Shown: positions 9,716 to 19,433, counted from the stretch's first letter. The stretch: 64,000 nt of DNA from a virus (IMGVR_UViG_3300020050_009209); one strand, 5' to 3'. A program made the numbers and translations. The notes: a model not told the origin generated them from the letters alone.

Positions 9716-11026
9716 ATGGGAAGCTGTAAAGGGGAGTTGTGCTCGGGTTGTGTCGAGTGCGACCTAAACGTAGTACCTGAATCGATCGTTTGGAAAAAGG
9801 CATTAGAGTTCCTTGATCGGCAGGGAATGAACTCTGAAGCTACGTTGCAAGCAGCCGCGAAGACAGCTTCAAGCATGGTCCCTAGGGCCTCTTCATTCGA
9901 AGTCGAGGTTAAGAGTAAAGCAAACCCTGCTGCTGGTATTCTACGTCAGGTACGAGTAGTGATTCAGCAGCCTGAGGTTGCTGAGCTATTCAAGAGTACT
10001 CCTATGGAGGCACTTCCAGGCAAGTTGTTAGCTCACCTCCAGAAGGCTTTTACGGAGTACGGATACCATACAGAGGTACTACAGGACGCCGTAACTTACA
10101 TCCTAGACGAGTTCGTACAGATTGGGGATAGTGTCCTTCTAATCTCTCCTCATACCGGTCGAGCTATCGCCCGACTTACAGAGGAGGATATCTACCAACC
10201 TCAGTCGGTACCCAGAGAGCATGGAGGTATGGCCGTACCTGCAAAGAGGCTACGTCCAGAGCTGGAGGGGTTCCTTGTACACTACTCATTCGAACGAGTA
10301 AGAGAGCAAGATGACCTTGATCGGATTAGCTTACGAGTCCCACACGCTACAGATCTCGTAAGAGAGATGGGCGACCCTCGTCTACTGTTCACTACGTTGA
10401 ACGGTAGACGAGAGATCCGTCACCAGATTGCAGAGATTCTTCCGAACTTACTTGATGCTGCGAAGGTAGCTAGGCTTTCACCGGCCAGTTACCTTCTAAA
10501 TAGGTTTCTCCCACCCTCCGATCAAGAGCTACTCAGAGGTCCCGACCTCACTTTTCAAGTTGGTGGTAGGTACAGAACCCCGTTAGTCGATGCAACTGCG
10601 CGTAACCTGAACTTTGACATAAAGCGTGTTGTTCTGGAGTCCACTGTTACCTCTTGGACGAGAGAGCTTGCGACGAACATTCTTGCTAGGCTAGGCTCAG
10701 AGTTCTCGCATAACATGACAGAGTGGGTGGGTAGCCCAGACCACACAAACATCATGTTCGTTATGTCCCCAAATACGATGAAGTACCTAAGTCCTGACCG
10801 GCCAACTCTTGTCGTCAACCAATTTCGGGACGGAGTTGTTCTTGGGGTCGAGGGGACTGTCCTGGGGGCTCTTCGTATACAAGACACTGGGATAGACACT
10901 AGGGAAGTTCACGATAGGTGGACCGCTACTACGTACGCTAAGGTAGATGTTTGGCTTGACACTTCGAGATTTGCAGTGTTCGAGGTCAAAGATGTTCCGG
11001 TCTCTGGCATAACGGTAGAGGGTTAA
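9716..11026 (+). CDS. hypothetical protein, possibly a divergent capsid-fold paralogue
   Basis: 436 aa ORF with GGGAG RBS; fold guess is by-eye only. Confidence 0.6.
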   Translation: MGSCKGELCSGCVECDLNVVPESIVWKKALEFLDRQGMNSEATLQAAAKTASSMVPRASSFEVEVKSKANPAAGILRQVRVVIQQPEVAELFKSTPMEALPGKLLAHLQKAFTEYGYHTEVLQDAVTYILDEFVQIGDSVLLISPHTGRAIARLTEEDIYQPQSVPREHGGMAVPAKRLRPELEGFLVHYSFERVREQDDLDRISLRVPHATDLVREMGDPRLLFTTLNGRREIRHQIAEILPNLLDAAKVARLSPASYLLNRFLPPSDQELLRGPDLTFQVGGRYRTPLVDATARNLNFDIKRVVLESTVTSWTRELATNILARLGSEFSHNMTEWVGSPDHTNIMFVMSPNTMKYLSPDRPTLVVNQFRDGVVLGVEGTVLGALRIQDTGIDTREVHDRWTATTYAKVDVWLDTSRFAVFEVKDVPVSGITVEG

Positions 11027-11287
11027 GTGCATTACTCTTTTGTTGTTCGGTCCGAATTCGAGGTTGACCTCCCAGAGTATCTTCTGACCATAGGAGAGGG
11101 GGTGGATACTTTCCATGTCGTACTACTCAACGAATCACTTGAGTCCTTCAAGGCGAAGTTGAGTAGCCGTGGAGTCAAGGTGCTCCAGGTCCATCAACTC
11201 GATGGCCTTGCGCCTGTCCCTTCCGTGGAAGTCTTTGAGGCTCAACTAGCAGGAAGCATCACCCCACTACTTGGGGCTAAGAAGTGA
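11027..11287 (+). CDS. hypothetical protein
   Basis: abuts both neighbours. Confidence 0.55.
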   Translation: MHYSFVVRSEFEVDLPEYLLTIGEGVDTFHVVLLNESLESFKAKLSSRGVKVLQVHQLDGLAPVPSVEVFEAQLAGSITPLLGAKK

Positions 11288-11502
11288 GATCCTTTCAAGC
11301 TGGAGATTACTACCAAGCTCTATCCTTATTCACGGGTGGGCGTCATGTCCTGATTGGACAGGTAGCTCTACTGCTGAGGTGCTCCTTAGCTGAGGCAGAG
11401 AGCCTTCTTGAGACGCTCCGTAGCGAAGGACTAGTTAGACTTTTGACCGTACCTGAGGCCCGCCTACAAGGAATTACGCATGGCTACTGCTTGCTGGTGT
11501 AG
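11284..11502 (+). CDS. hypothetical protein, possible winged HTH
   Basis: QVALLLRCSLAEAESLLETLRSEGLV. Confidence 0.5.
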   Translation: MRSFQAGDYYQALSLFTGGRHVLIGQVALLLRCSLAEAESLLETLRSEGLVRLLTVPEARLQGITHGYCLLV

Positions 11503-11510
11503 TAAGTTGG

Positions 11511-11783
11511 GTGAGCCTTCGTAAACGCAAAGCGAACTTGATTCGAGTGCTACAAGCCCACCAGGTATCGAAGTGCCTCACGGCAGAGCAAGTCGAAGTC
11601 TTCGCTCGGATGTACTCTCACTGTAAGAGTGAGAAAGAGCAAGACGAGGTTACGGCCGTAGTTCGTCAGGTGTTCGATGGTTGGAAAACAGACACGGACA
11701 GGTTCTCAAGGATGTTGCAGAATGAGCAGGTTGAAGACTGCGACCTTGCTGTTACCATTCCCCCTCATGCTCGTTGGAAGTAG
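11511..11783 (+). CDS. hypothetical protein
   Basis: GTG start 9 nt after a GGTGTA motif. Confidence 0.55.
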   Translation: MSLRKRKANLIRVLQAHQVSKCLTAEQVEVFARMYSHCKSEKEQDEVTAVVRQVFDGWKTDTDRFSRMLQNEQVEDCDLAVTIPPHARWK

Positions 11784-11785
11784 AT

Positions 11786-12349
11786 ATGCGTAAGCTAAGA
11801 TTTCTTGTGGATGTTGACGAAGTGCTAGCGGACTTCCGCACTCCAGCGTTAGAGGTAATGTCCTCGGTTATGGGGCAACGTTACTCTATCGAGGACTTTG
11901 AGGTCTGGGATATCTTCTCTACCCTAGAGGGGCCGAAGAAGGACCTGGTCCTAGCTATCATAGACAAGCAGGGGTTCTGCCACGACTTGCAGCCCTTCCC
12001 AGAAGCTCAGAAGGCTATTGCAGAGCTTCAGACGATGTTTGATGTCTACGTGGTCACCAGCCCGTATCACAGTCTGAGTTGGGTCTATGAACGTAACCTA
12101 TGGCTAAAGACCCACTATGGCTTCGAAAAAAGCCAGGTCGTTCATACCTCAGCTAAGTACCTGGTTCGAGGTGACATCTTTCTTGACGATAAGCCAGAGC
12201 ACGTAGAGTCTTGGACGAAGGAAAATCCTCAGGGGCTTGGAATGCTTTGGCATACCCCCAATACTCGTGGGTTGGGTTTGGATCACTTACGAGTACGGTC
12301 TTGGGGGGAGGTCCTAACGAAGGTTAAGACCTTTGCGGGGAGTCAGTGA
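11786..12349 (+). CDS. 5'(3')-deoxyribonucleotidase (HAD, NT5C-like)
   Basis: DVDEVLADF, VVTSP, WLKTHY, GDIFLDDKP. Confidence 0.88.
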   Translation: MRKLRFLVDVDEVLADFRTPALEVMSSVMGQRYSIEDFEVWDIFSTLEGPKKDLVLAIIDKQGFCHDLQPFPEAQKAIAELQTMFDVYVVTSPYHSLSWVYERNLWLKTHYGFEKSQVVHTSAKYLVRGDIFLDDKPEHVESWTKENPQGLGMLWHTPNTRGLGLDHLRVRSWGEVLTKVKTFAGSQ

Positions 12350-12352
12350 AAA

Positions 12353-12574
12353 ATGCTGAGGGTTATCTTCAATGTAGTTACTTGGGTAGCAGAGCATGTG
12401 ACGGGTTTATGTTGGCTAGTGGCGGCCCTTCTGGCTATTTGGGTAGCTTTTTTCTACAAGTTTGAACCTACCCAACCACTTCCGTGCGCCTCTTACTCGG
12501 ATACCAATCGTGAGCACGTACCTGCTAGATGCTTCTCTGACTTCCTAGGTAAAGATAGTGGGACTCATGATTGA
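12353..12574 (+). CDS. small membrane protein
   Basis: hydrophobic CWLVAALLAIWVAFFY. Confidence 0.55.
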   Translation: MLRVIFNVVTWVAEHVTGLCWLVAALLAIWVAFFYKFEPTQPLPCASYSDTNREHVPARCFSDFLGKDSGTHD

Positions 12575-12788
12575 TCTTGAGGTAGATGTTGGGCAGGTGT
12601 GGCTCTACAGGGGCACTGACCCATACCTAGTTGCGAGTGTAAATGATTCAAGGGAGTCTTTGGGGTCGTGGGTAATGACTTCAATCCCAGACGGGCGTAC
12701 CATATACATGCACAAGCAAGCTAGACTGCGGGGTAAATGGGTGAAAGCGCCTGTAAGCCGATTCAAAAGAGAACCGTTAAGTCTATGA
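12558..12788 (+). CDS. hypothetical protein with C-terminal SRFKR
   Basis: overlapping operonic ORF. Confidence 0.55.
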   Translation: MGLMIDLEVDVGQVWLYRGTDPYLVASVNDSRESLGSWVMTSIPDGRTIYMHKQARLRGKWVKAPVSRFKREPLSL

Positions 12789-13408
12789 ACTCCTCAGGCA
12801 TTATCAGTCTAGATGACCTACTTGGGGGAGGGTACCCCAAGGGGATTACGTGTATTAGTGGGGTTAGAGGTTCTGGCAAAACTCAATTGCTACTAGCTGC
12901 GGCACAAGCTGCTTTAGTGAATGACGTACCAGTAGCCTTTTTCTCCTTTGACGCGGACCTGAGTTCAGATATACCCAAAGCTTCGGCTTTGGGTAAGGTC
13001 TATTCCAGGATTGTCACCTTAGATGAGGCAGTCAAGAAGCTAAGGGGTTCTGATCCGGAAACCTTGGTCCTTATGGATGGGGTTCACAAGGCTTTTGTGT
13101 ACAAGGGGCCTGATGCTGGTACGGTAGAGGACGGAAGTAGAGTCCTTAAGGCACGATGGTTTAACGACCAAGTGTCTACGTTGAGCAAGTTTTCTAGCGT
13201 CATCTTGACCTCGGAGGAGGTCCTACGCTATAAGGCTCTGACTCACGCTACTCGTACTGCCATTGAGCTAAAGATCAGTGGTAACTCAGATGTTACCGCA
13301 CACATAACCAAAAGTCTAGGGGGCCAGGTAGGAAGCTTACCCTTGGTGTTCAGAGGCCATGGGCAAGTGCTCCCAATGGAGATACGTAGCCGATTTGAAA
13401 GATTTTGA
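12785..13408 (+). CDS. RecA/RadA/KaiC-superfamily P-loop ATPase (short, divergent), ends SRFERF
   Basis: SGIISLDDLLGGGYPKG, GVRGSGKT, VLMDG. Confidence 0.78.
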   Translation: MNSSGIISLDDLLGGGYPKGITCISGVRGSGKTQLLLAAAQAALVNDVPVAFFSFDADLSSDIPKASALGKVYSRIVTLDEAVKKLRGSDPETLVLMDGVHKAFVYKGPDAGTVEDGSRVLKARWFNDQVSTLSKFSSVILTSEEVLRYKALTHATRTAIELKISGNSDVTAHITKSLGGQVGSLPLVFRGHGQVLPMEIRSRFERF

Positions 13409-13418
13409 TGATCAAAGA

Positions 13419-13649
13419 GTGAATGACTTGAGTACAGCTGAGATTCAGGAGCTTGAACGACTGCGCCTACTGGCATTGCAGCATCCCTACGACCCTGAGC
13501 TTGCAAGCATACGATCAGGTAATGGCGGGGAGTACGCACCAGACATGCGAGGCTGGACCCCAGACGAGGATGCAGAGTTCAGGTACCATGCTGCTTTGGT
13601 CAAAGCAGCTCCTAGATTACTCGCTGAAGTGCTACGTAGAAGAAGGTAA
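13419..13649 (+). CDS. hypothetical protein
   Basis: DAEF...AAPRLLAEV pattern common in small phage proteins. Confidence 0.5.
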   Translation: MNDLSTAEIQELERLRLLALQHPYDPELASIRSGNGGEYAPDMRGWTPDEDAEFRYHAALVKAAPRLLAEVLRRRR

Positions 13650-13653
13650 GCAG

Positions 13654-15363
13654 ATGCGTCAATATCTATCCCTAGTGGAACATGTGTTAGGTAGCGGAAC
13701 CCGCAAGGAAAACCGGACTGGCGTAGACACTCTCAGTACCTTTGGGTACTACTACGAGGTTGATTTAGCTCACGGGTTTCCCCTCCTCACGACCAAGCAG
13801 ATCTCTTGGAAAAACATAGTGGTCGAGTTGTTGTGGTTCCTTTCGGGACAGACTGACATCTCAATCCTCAAGCGTCATGGCTGTAAGTTCTGGGACGCTT
13901 GGGCTGACGAGAACGGTAAAGTTCCAAGTGCCTATGGGGCTTTTTGGGTTAATTTCCCACCAGCTCAGGAGCCCGAAGTTGTTACTCCACGCGAACCTTC
14001 CGGAAATGACTATGTTAAGCCTCATTTTGATGAGTTGACTGCTGAGTCGAACCATGAATGGTGTGGGAAATTCTTCGAGTCGAAAAACCACGGCTCGTTC
14101 AAGATCATTCGTCAGGTAGGTGTAGATACCGAAGGTCGTAGACTGTTCGATATTCAGTTTACAACTACGGGCTATGTTAAGAAGCGGGTGCGCCGTGATG
14201 TAATTCAAAATGGGGAGGTTCGGGATAGATACTTCGCCTCTATCCACGGAGTGGGGTACTATGGAGAGCGGACAACCAAAACTGAGATAGACGCGGATCT
14301 CCTCAAGGTTTGGCAGCACATGATGGACCGTTGCTATAACCCTGACTGTAAAGAGTACCCATGGTATGGCTTGAGAGGCGTTACAGTGTGCAACAGATGG
14401 CACAACTTCGCTAACTTCCACGCAGACTGCTACACGCTACCAAACTGGGTCAACAAGAGGGACAATCCAAAGCAGTACGCCCTAGATAAGGATTTTTTCA
14501 GCGCCCGTTGTTACTCTCCTACTACCTGTGTATGGCTTTCTCACCAGGATAATCGACTTTACGCTCACGCCAAGGCAGTTAAGGTCGAATACCCTGATGG
14601 TGGGGTTCGAGTTGTCTTGTCAGCATCTGAGGCTGCTGCTGCCTCGAAACTCAAGAAGAGTCGTGTACTTACCTGCATCCAAAATGGAGAGGATTACCAC
14701 AAGTATAGGTTCTCATGGGCCTCTGGGGTGTACCGTAGACCACTCCCGAATAACCAGATCCGATGGGTTATCGACGAGCTAAACCGAAACCCCATGTCTC
14801 GACGTATGGTTGTTTCTGCTTGGGCTCCAGGGAACGCTCAGACCAGTAAGCTCCCACCCTGCCACAGCATCTTCATGCTTAATGTGCAGAATGCGAACCA
14901 GATTGAGTTCCACCCGCCAAAAGAGAATGATGATGGTCGAACTCTAGTACCTACCATCATGGGTACTAAACAGAGGGTATGCCTTCACCTCACCCAGAGG
15001 TCCGCTGACGTCCTTTTGGGCGTACCCTATAACATTGCAAGCTACGCACTGCTTCTCAGTTTGTTCTCTCGCTTCTCTGGGATTGAGCCTGGTATCTTTG
15101 GGCACACCTTGGTGGACGCGCATGTTTACACAGCTAAACCAGATGGTTCGATGGCCGAGTACGACCACGTTCCTGTTTTGAAGGAGCAGTTGACTCGGAT
15201 GCCAAAAGCCCTTCCGAGGCTTATCATCTCGAACCAGATCAAGACCCTAGCTGACGTAGAGGCTCTCATGCACCCCTCCGTAACAACAGAGGAGGTCATG
15301 CGTCACTTCGTGCTTGAGGGCTATGATCCTTGGCCAGCCCTATCTGGAAAGGTTGCGGTATGA
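13654..15363 (+). CDS. thyA: thymidylate synthase ThyA with an in-frame homing-endonuclease insertion
   Basis: NRTGVDT, FPLLTTK, ELLWFLSG, SRRMVVSAW, LPPCH, QRSADVLLGVPYNIASY, DAHVY. Confidence 0.93.
   Translation: MRQYLSLVEHVLGSGTRKENRTGVDTLSTFGYYYEVDLAHGFPLLTTKQISWKNIVVELLWFLSGQTDISILKRHGCKFWDAWADENGKVPSAYGAFWVNFPPAQEPEVVTPREPSGNDYVKPHFDELTAESNHEWCGKFFESKNHGSFKIIRQVGVDTEGRRLFDIQFTTTGYVKKRVRRDVIQNGEVRDRYFASIHGVGYYGERTTKTEIDADLLKVWQHMMDRCYNPDCKEYPWYGLRGVTVCNRWHNFANFHADCYTLPNWVNKRDNPKQYALDKDFFSARCYSPTTCVWLSHQDNRLYAHAKAVKVEYPDGGVRVVLSASEAAAASKLKKSRVLTCIQNGEDYHKYRFSWASGVYRRPLPNNQIRWVIDELNRNPMSRRMVVSAWAPGNAQTSKLPPCHSIFMLNVQNANQIEFHPPKENDDGRTLVPTIMGTKQRVCLHLTQRSADVLLGVPYNIASYALLLSLFSRFSGIEPGIFGHTLVDAHVYTAKPDGSMAEYDHVPVLKEQLTRMPKALPRLIISNQIKTLADVEALMHPSVTTEEVMRHFVLEGYDPWPALSGKVAV
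13960..14748 (+). mobile_element. HNH-type endonuclease plus NUMOD1-like HTH inserted in frame in thyA (boundaries approximate)
   Basis: WQHMMDRCY, YPWYGLRGVTVCNRW, NFHAD, LDKD, YSPTTCVW; SASEAAAASKLKKSRVLTC...YRFSW. Confidence 0.8.
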
Positions 15364-15941
15364 CTCAACTTGAATTTCTTCTATCTGAGGTAGCTTGGCT
15401 TACAAGAGAGCTTGAGTACCTACCAGACTCCGCACCTATTACCAAAGCTTCAACGAGATCACGTCTAGCTGAGGTGGGAAGGCAGTTAGAGTTTGAACGT
15501 TCGCGTAAAGCTACAACAGTGAATGGTAGATTTGTGTCTGGTTCGTGCCTAGGTGAAATTTGCTCTATCTGCATAAAGCACCTTGGCGTTCGCGTTACAG
15601 CCACTTGCAAGGTCGGAGAAGAGATAGCGGTCGATGACCCTAACCTACCTAGGCACAACCTAACTGCGTATCTCTGTTCAAGGCACTTCGATGAGATCTT
15701 TAGTCCTCCAACTGGAGTAGCTAGTGTTGGACAACAGGGTATTGAACGACTTCAGGTGACTCTAGCTCAGACAGAGGGTGAGCTAGAGACGGCACGTCTT
15801 CGTATTCATGAAGCCACTCAAAAGCTTGTTGCTGAGTTTGGAGCAGAAAGCTCAGCCAGTCTAGAAGAAGTGGTCGAAAAGGCTGTTGTCGCAATTCGCA
15901 CCCCCCTGCTGATTGGGGGTGGGTACGGATATGAAACCTAA
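15360..15941 (+). CDS. hypothetical protein
   Basis: ATGA overlap with thyA stop; CxxC...CxxH. Confidence 0.6.
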   Translation: MTQLEFLLSEVAWLTRELEYLPDSAPITKASTRSRLAEVGRQLEFERSRKATTVNGRFVSGSCLGEICSICIKHLGVRVTATCKVGEEIAVDDPNLPRHNLTAYLCSRHFDEIFSPPTGVASVGQQGIERLQVTLAQTEGELETARLRIHEATQKLVAEFGAESSASLEEVVEKAVVAIRTPLLIGGGYGYET

Positions 15942-16521
15942 GCTCATTGTAGCTACCAGTGCGAACGGGGTAATTGGGATCGACGGTAAGATCCCATGGC
16001 GCAAACCAGAGGACTTGAAGCGATTCAAGAGAGTCACTCTTGGTGGCGTACTCATCATGGGTAGGCGGACTTGGGACTCGATTGGGAGGGCGCTACCGGG
16101 GCGTAGGACGTTTGTTCTGAGTTCCAACCCCGACCTAAAGCTGGAGGGAGCTGAGGTCTTCTCAAGCCTTCCTGACGCTTTAGCGGCAGCAGGAGAGACC
16201 GACCAGGTCTGGATTGCAGGTGGGTCTTCTGTTTATGCGGAAGGTCTTCAGTACTGCGATGAGCTAGACATCACGGTTGTGAATTCTGAAATTGCCGAGG
16301 GACCAGGCGTAGTAACTATCCCATGGTTTGCAGCCAACCGTAACGAAAAGTTAGGTATCCCAATTTGGATTTCTGCCAATAGCAAGTGTGTGAGTCCAAT
16401 GATAGGGGACCCAATGGTGGGGGACTTCCACCTAACCAATCAAGAAACTAACCCAGAGGACGGCTCTCTTGTCCACTGCGAGTACACTCGAATAACTTTT
16501 ATCCACTACAGCACTAGGTAA
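15931..16521 (+). CDS. folA: dihydrofolate reductase
   Basis: NGVIGIDGKIPW, EDLKRFK, IMGRRTWDSIGRALPGR, WIAGGSSVY. Confidence 0.95.
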   Translation: MKPKLIVATSANGVIGIDGKIPWRKPEDLKRFKRVTLGGVLIMGRRTWDSIGRALPGRRTFVLSSNPDLKLEGAEVFSSLPDALAAAGETDQVWIAGGSSVYAEGLQYCDELDITVVNSEIAEGPGVVTIPWFAANRNEKLGIPIWISANSKCVSPMIGDPMVGDFHLTNQETNPEDGSLVHCEYTRITFIHYSTR

Positions 16522-16526
16522 TCACC

Positions 16527-16895
16527 ATGTATCGGTTTGCGGTTCAAGCCCTCAACACAGACAACATCACAAAGGTAGCCGAAGTGACAATTCGAGCTGC
16601 TAGTCAACTTGGTCTCAACTTCAAGCACTTGGGAGTTGTAGATTGGATGACCTTAGGTACGTCCAAATTTCTGATACTGCAAGCCAATCTCCCCTTTAGT
16701 AAGCCGCTACTGGACTTGTTGTTCGAGAGTGGTCGAGGGGTGATCGGCATTACTCCATTTGGATTTGAGGTGAGGTTGGGTACAAAGACTGCCAAAGTAG
16801 CGTCCACTCAACTACAAGGTCCAGCGAAAAATCCACTTAGTTACCTAGGCCCTGGGGACCCTCTTTGGGAGAGGCAGTTTACCAAGCCCAACTAG
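16527..16895 (+). CDS. hypothetical protein
   Basis: operonic ORF. Confidence 0.55.
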   Translation: MYRFAVQALNTDNITKVAEVTIRAASQLGLNFKHLGVVDWMTLGTSKFLILQANLPFSKPLLDLLFESGRGVIGITPFGFEVRLGTKTAKVASTQLQGPAKNPLSYLGPGDPLWERQFTKPN

Positions 16896-16983
16896 CAATA
16901 CAGTTTCTATACTCCATCTAGGGTACTACCTTTAAGGAGAGCCAATTGAAGCTCGATGGTAGCAAGGCTCAGGAGTTGTCTTC

Positions 16984-17739
16984 TTGGTAAAACTAGCTGC
17001 CGTCCAATTCGCCCCATCCTTCCGTAAGAAGCGGGAGAATGTGCAGCGTATGGCTCGACTTGCAATCGAGGCTTCTGCTGAAGGGGCTAAACTTATTGTT
17101 TTTCCTGAGTTGGCTACAACTGGGTACTCCTACATGAGCACCAAGGAAGCCGAGGAAGACGCTGAGATCGTAGGATTTGGTCAGCCCACAATGGACTTCT
17201 TCCTAGGTATAGCTCAGAAGACCAATGCCTGCTTGGTTTGGGGGATGGTCGAAAAGGACTCTGGGTCTGGTAAGCTCTACAATAGCCAAGTCTATCTTGA
17301 GCCAGGAGGCTACTTCGAGAAGTACGCCAAAATCAATCGTTGGGGAAATGACTTTCTTTGGGCTACCCCAGGGAAGTCAAACCCTCCGGTCATACGAGCG
17401 ACCTTTGACCGTAAGGACCTACGCGTAGGTCTTCTCGTATGCCGGGACATACGGGATAAGGTTAACGATGACTGGACGAACCTCTACTCGCCTGGGGATG
17501 CAGACGTGGTAGCCTTCTCTGCGAACTTTGGGGATGGTGGGTTCCCAGCAGTCTCCTGGGTTGACTTTGCCATGGACAACAAGACCACTTTGATCGTATC
17601 GAATCGCTACGGTGAAGAGGGTGGCAAGCCGAATAAGTTTGGTGGGGGTGGGTCCTGTATCATTGAGCCGTCTGGTACGGTGCATTGTGAGGGACTCCAG
17701 TGGAATGCAGACTGCATCATTTACTCTGAGGTGAAGTGA
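16984..17739 (+). CDS. carbon-nitrogen hydrolase (nitrilase superfamily)
   Basis: LAAVQF, LIVFPELATTGY (Glu), KYAK (Lys), GLLVCRD (Cys), GGSCIIEPSG. Confidence 0.88.
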   Translation: MVKLAAVQFAPSFRKKRENVQRMARLAIEASAEGAKLIVFPELATTGYSYMSTKEAEEDAEIVGFGQPTMDFFLGIAQKTNACLVWGMVEKDSGSGKLYNSQVYLEPGGYFEKYAKINRWGNDFLWATPGKSNPPVIRATFDRKDLRVGLLVCRDIRDKVNDDWTNLYSPGDADVVAFSANFGDGGFPAVSWVDFAMDNKTTLIVSNRYGEEGGKPNKFGGGGSCIIEPSGTVHCEGLQWNADCIIYSEVK

Positions 17740-18680
17740 TGCCGTCAACCCTTGATACCAAGATCGCGTTGAAGGTAGCCTACTTCTTTCAAGACCGTAT
17801 GACAAAAAGGGTTGCAGCGAAGTTCTCGTTCACAGCTGGGTTGAATGAGGAGCTACTTGCCAAGTTTGGCAAGCTATTCCAGGACTTCAGTGGGGATGCT
17901 GCTCTTGAGGTTGCCAATTGGTTTAAGGACACCTTCCGATTCGACGTGTCCAAAACTCCACAAGGTCAAAGAGACCTCAAGCTAAAAGCTGAGAAGTTGC
18001 ATTGGTGGCTAACGCAATCCGCAAGCCTTAAGTCCAGGTTCAATGGGCAAGGGGTTCAATTCTCCAACGAGGAGGATACCCCCGACCTAGCTTGGGCCCG
18101 AGGCGGTAAAGAGGCCAAGCGGGTTTGGGAGGAGGAGGTCCAGCCTTTGGCGGGGGATCTCATCCGATACTTCTCCAACGAGGGGAGTAAGATCGTCCCC
18201 AAGGAGGTTCAGGTTGGGGGTAACACTTACCTGAACCTTGTTGGCTTCGACCAGAAGAAAATTGGTCAGTACGTTACGGCTATGGAAGCTGTTTTCGGGG
18301 ACGTCAAGGGTTGGAGACGGAAAGCTTTTGCTGGGGGGCTTACCGTAGCCTTTGCTGGCCCCAAAGACTTTCGAGGTACTGCGGCGGGCAAGTACAAGTC
18401 CGACCAAGACATCCTCTACGTAAGAGCTACCCCGAATGTTCTAAAAAGGGCAGGAGGCAGCTACGGCGCTCTTGACTACATTCTCATTCATGAGCTAGGT
18501 CACAGGTACGAGAGAAAAGTTGGAACAAAGTTTGACTTTGAGCGACAGGAGTGGTGGACCAGCCCCTACAGTAAGAAGGACGGAGAACAGTTCGCAGAGC
18601 TGTTTGCAATCTCTAACTTCGACCTTAAAGGGCCATGGAACCAAGAAGTCGTAGCGAAATTCGACGCTTTGATGGGGTGA
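17736..18680 (+). CDS. zincin-like (HExxH) putative metallopeptidase with N-terminal RVAAKF motif
   Basis: ILIHELGHRYE ... SPYSKK..EQFAELF. Confidence 0.72.
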   Translation: MMPSTLDTKIALKVAYFFQDRMTKRVAAKFSFTAGLNEELLAKFGKLFQDFSGDAALEVANWFKDTFRFDVSKTPQGQRDLKLKAEKLHWWLTQSASLKSRFNGQGVQFSNEEDTPDLAWARGGKEAKRVWEEEVQPLAGDLIRYFSNEGSKIVPKEVQVGGNTYLNLVGFDQKKIGQYVTAMEAVFGDVKGWRRKAFAGGLTVAFAGPKDFRGTAAGKYKSDQDILYVRATPNVLKRAGGSYGALDYILIHELGHRYERKVGTKFDFERQEWWTSPYSKKDGEQFAELFAISNFDLKGPWNQEVVAKFDALMG

Positions 18681-18708
18681 AGTCCCTGGGTTCGGTGTAT
18701 CCCTCTAC

Positions 18709-18975
18709 ATGCGGGAACCTGAATTCATACTGACCAACGGCACAAAAGTAATTACTCACGCGAAGTTGGACCCTACAACTGGGTTTTCAATTACGCCCAA
18801 ACACATTGCTTTACGAAAGCCAGCGACGAGTGGAGAAATCTACGGGGTTGTAGGTGGGCATGGAGGGGATGTGTATTGGGTGCTGCATGAGGGGGATGTG
18901 TACCCAGCAGCTTACTGCTACTCAGAATTTGAGCTAGTAGCTGAAGCTCCTTCCCAGGTGGTAGACCCATGCTGA
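18709..18975 (+). CDS. hypothetical protein
   Basis: ATG 9 nt after GGTGTA. Confidence 0.6.
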   Translation: MREPEFILTNGTKVITHAKLDPTTGFSITPKHIALRKPATSGEIYGVVGGHGGDVYWVLHEGDVYPAAYCYSEFELVAEAPSQVVDPC

Positions 18976-19433
18976 TCGATGCAACTGGTCTTGTGGTCTT
19001 CGACGCATCGCTGTACTCAGGGCGATTGGTTGTGGTCCTAGAAACGGATGGTCGTCCTGGACTTGGTCTTCTTGAGGGCCCTACCATGGAGCGGGCCCCT
19101 ACAATCGAAGACCCTGAGTTTTCTGCGGATGGGTTCGAGGTATTTGAGGTAATTCTCAAGTCAAACTCAAAATCAAATCAAGAGTTAAGATATCACTTTG
19201 CGGCTACCTCCTTGAAAAGCGGAGCTTACACTACCTACCCAACCGGTCGAGAGCTAATTTTAGTAGACTCTGAAGGTGATTGGAGCGTTGTTTTTGCAGG
19301 GGTTGAGGTTGCGCTACCTGACTACGGTAAGGTTGTTTTGGGTGTGAAAGGAGCACGTCAAGGACAAGAGAAAGCCTTCCGAGTCAAAGAGACGGCACGT
19401 AAGTCGCGTAAGTTGCGTAAGGGATCGGTGTAG
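18969..19433 (+). CDS. hypothetical protein
   Basis: operonic ORF. Confidence 0.55.
   Translation: MLIDATGLVVFDASLYSGRLVVVLETDGRPGLGLLEGPTMERAPTIEDPEFSADGFEVFEVILKSNSKSNQELRYHFAATSLKSGAYTTYPTGRELILVDSEGDWSVVFAGVEVALPDYGKVVLGVKGARQGQEKAFRVKETARKSRKLRKGSV

Noticed and set aside
13453..13653. N-terminal extension of thyA in the ORF track
   Set aside because: Overlaps an upstream gene; ThyA similarity begins at MRQYL (13654)
13960..14748. Calling the thyA insertion an intein or group I intron
   Set aside because: No Hint-type terminal residues or blocks and no evident non-coding ribozyme core; not excluded without computation
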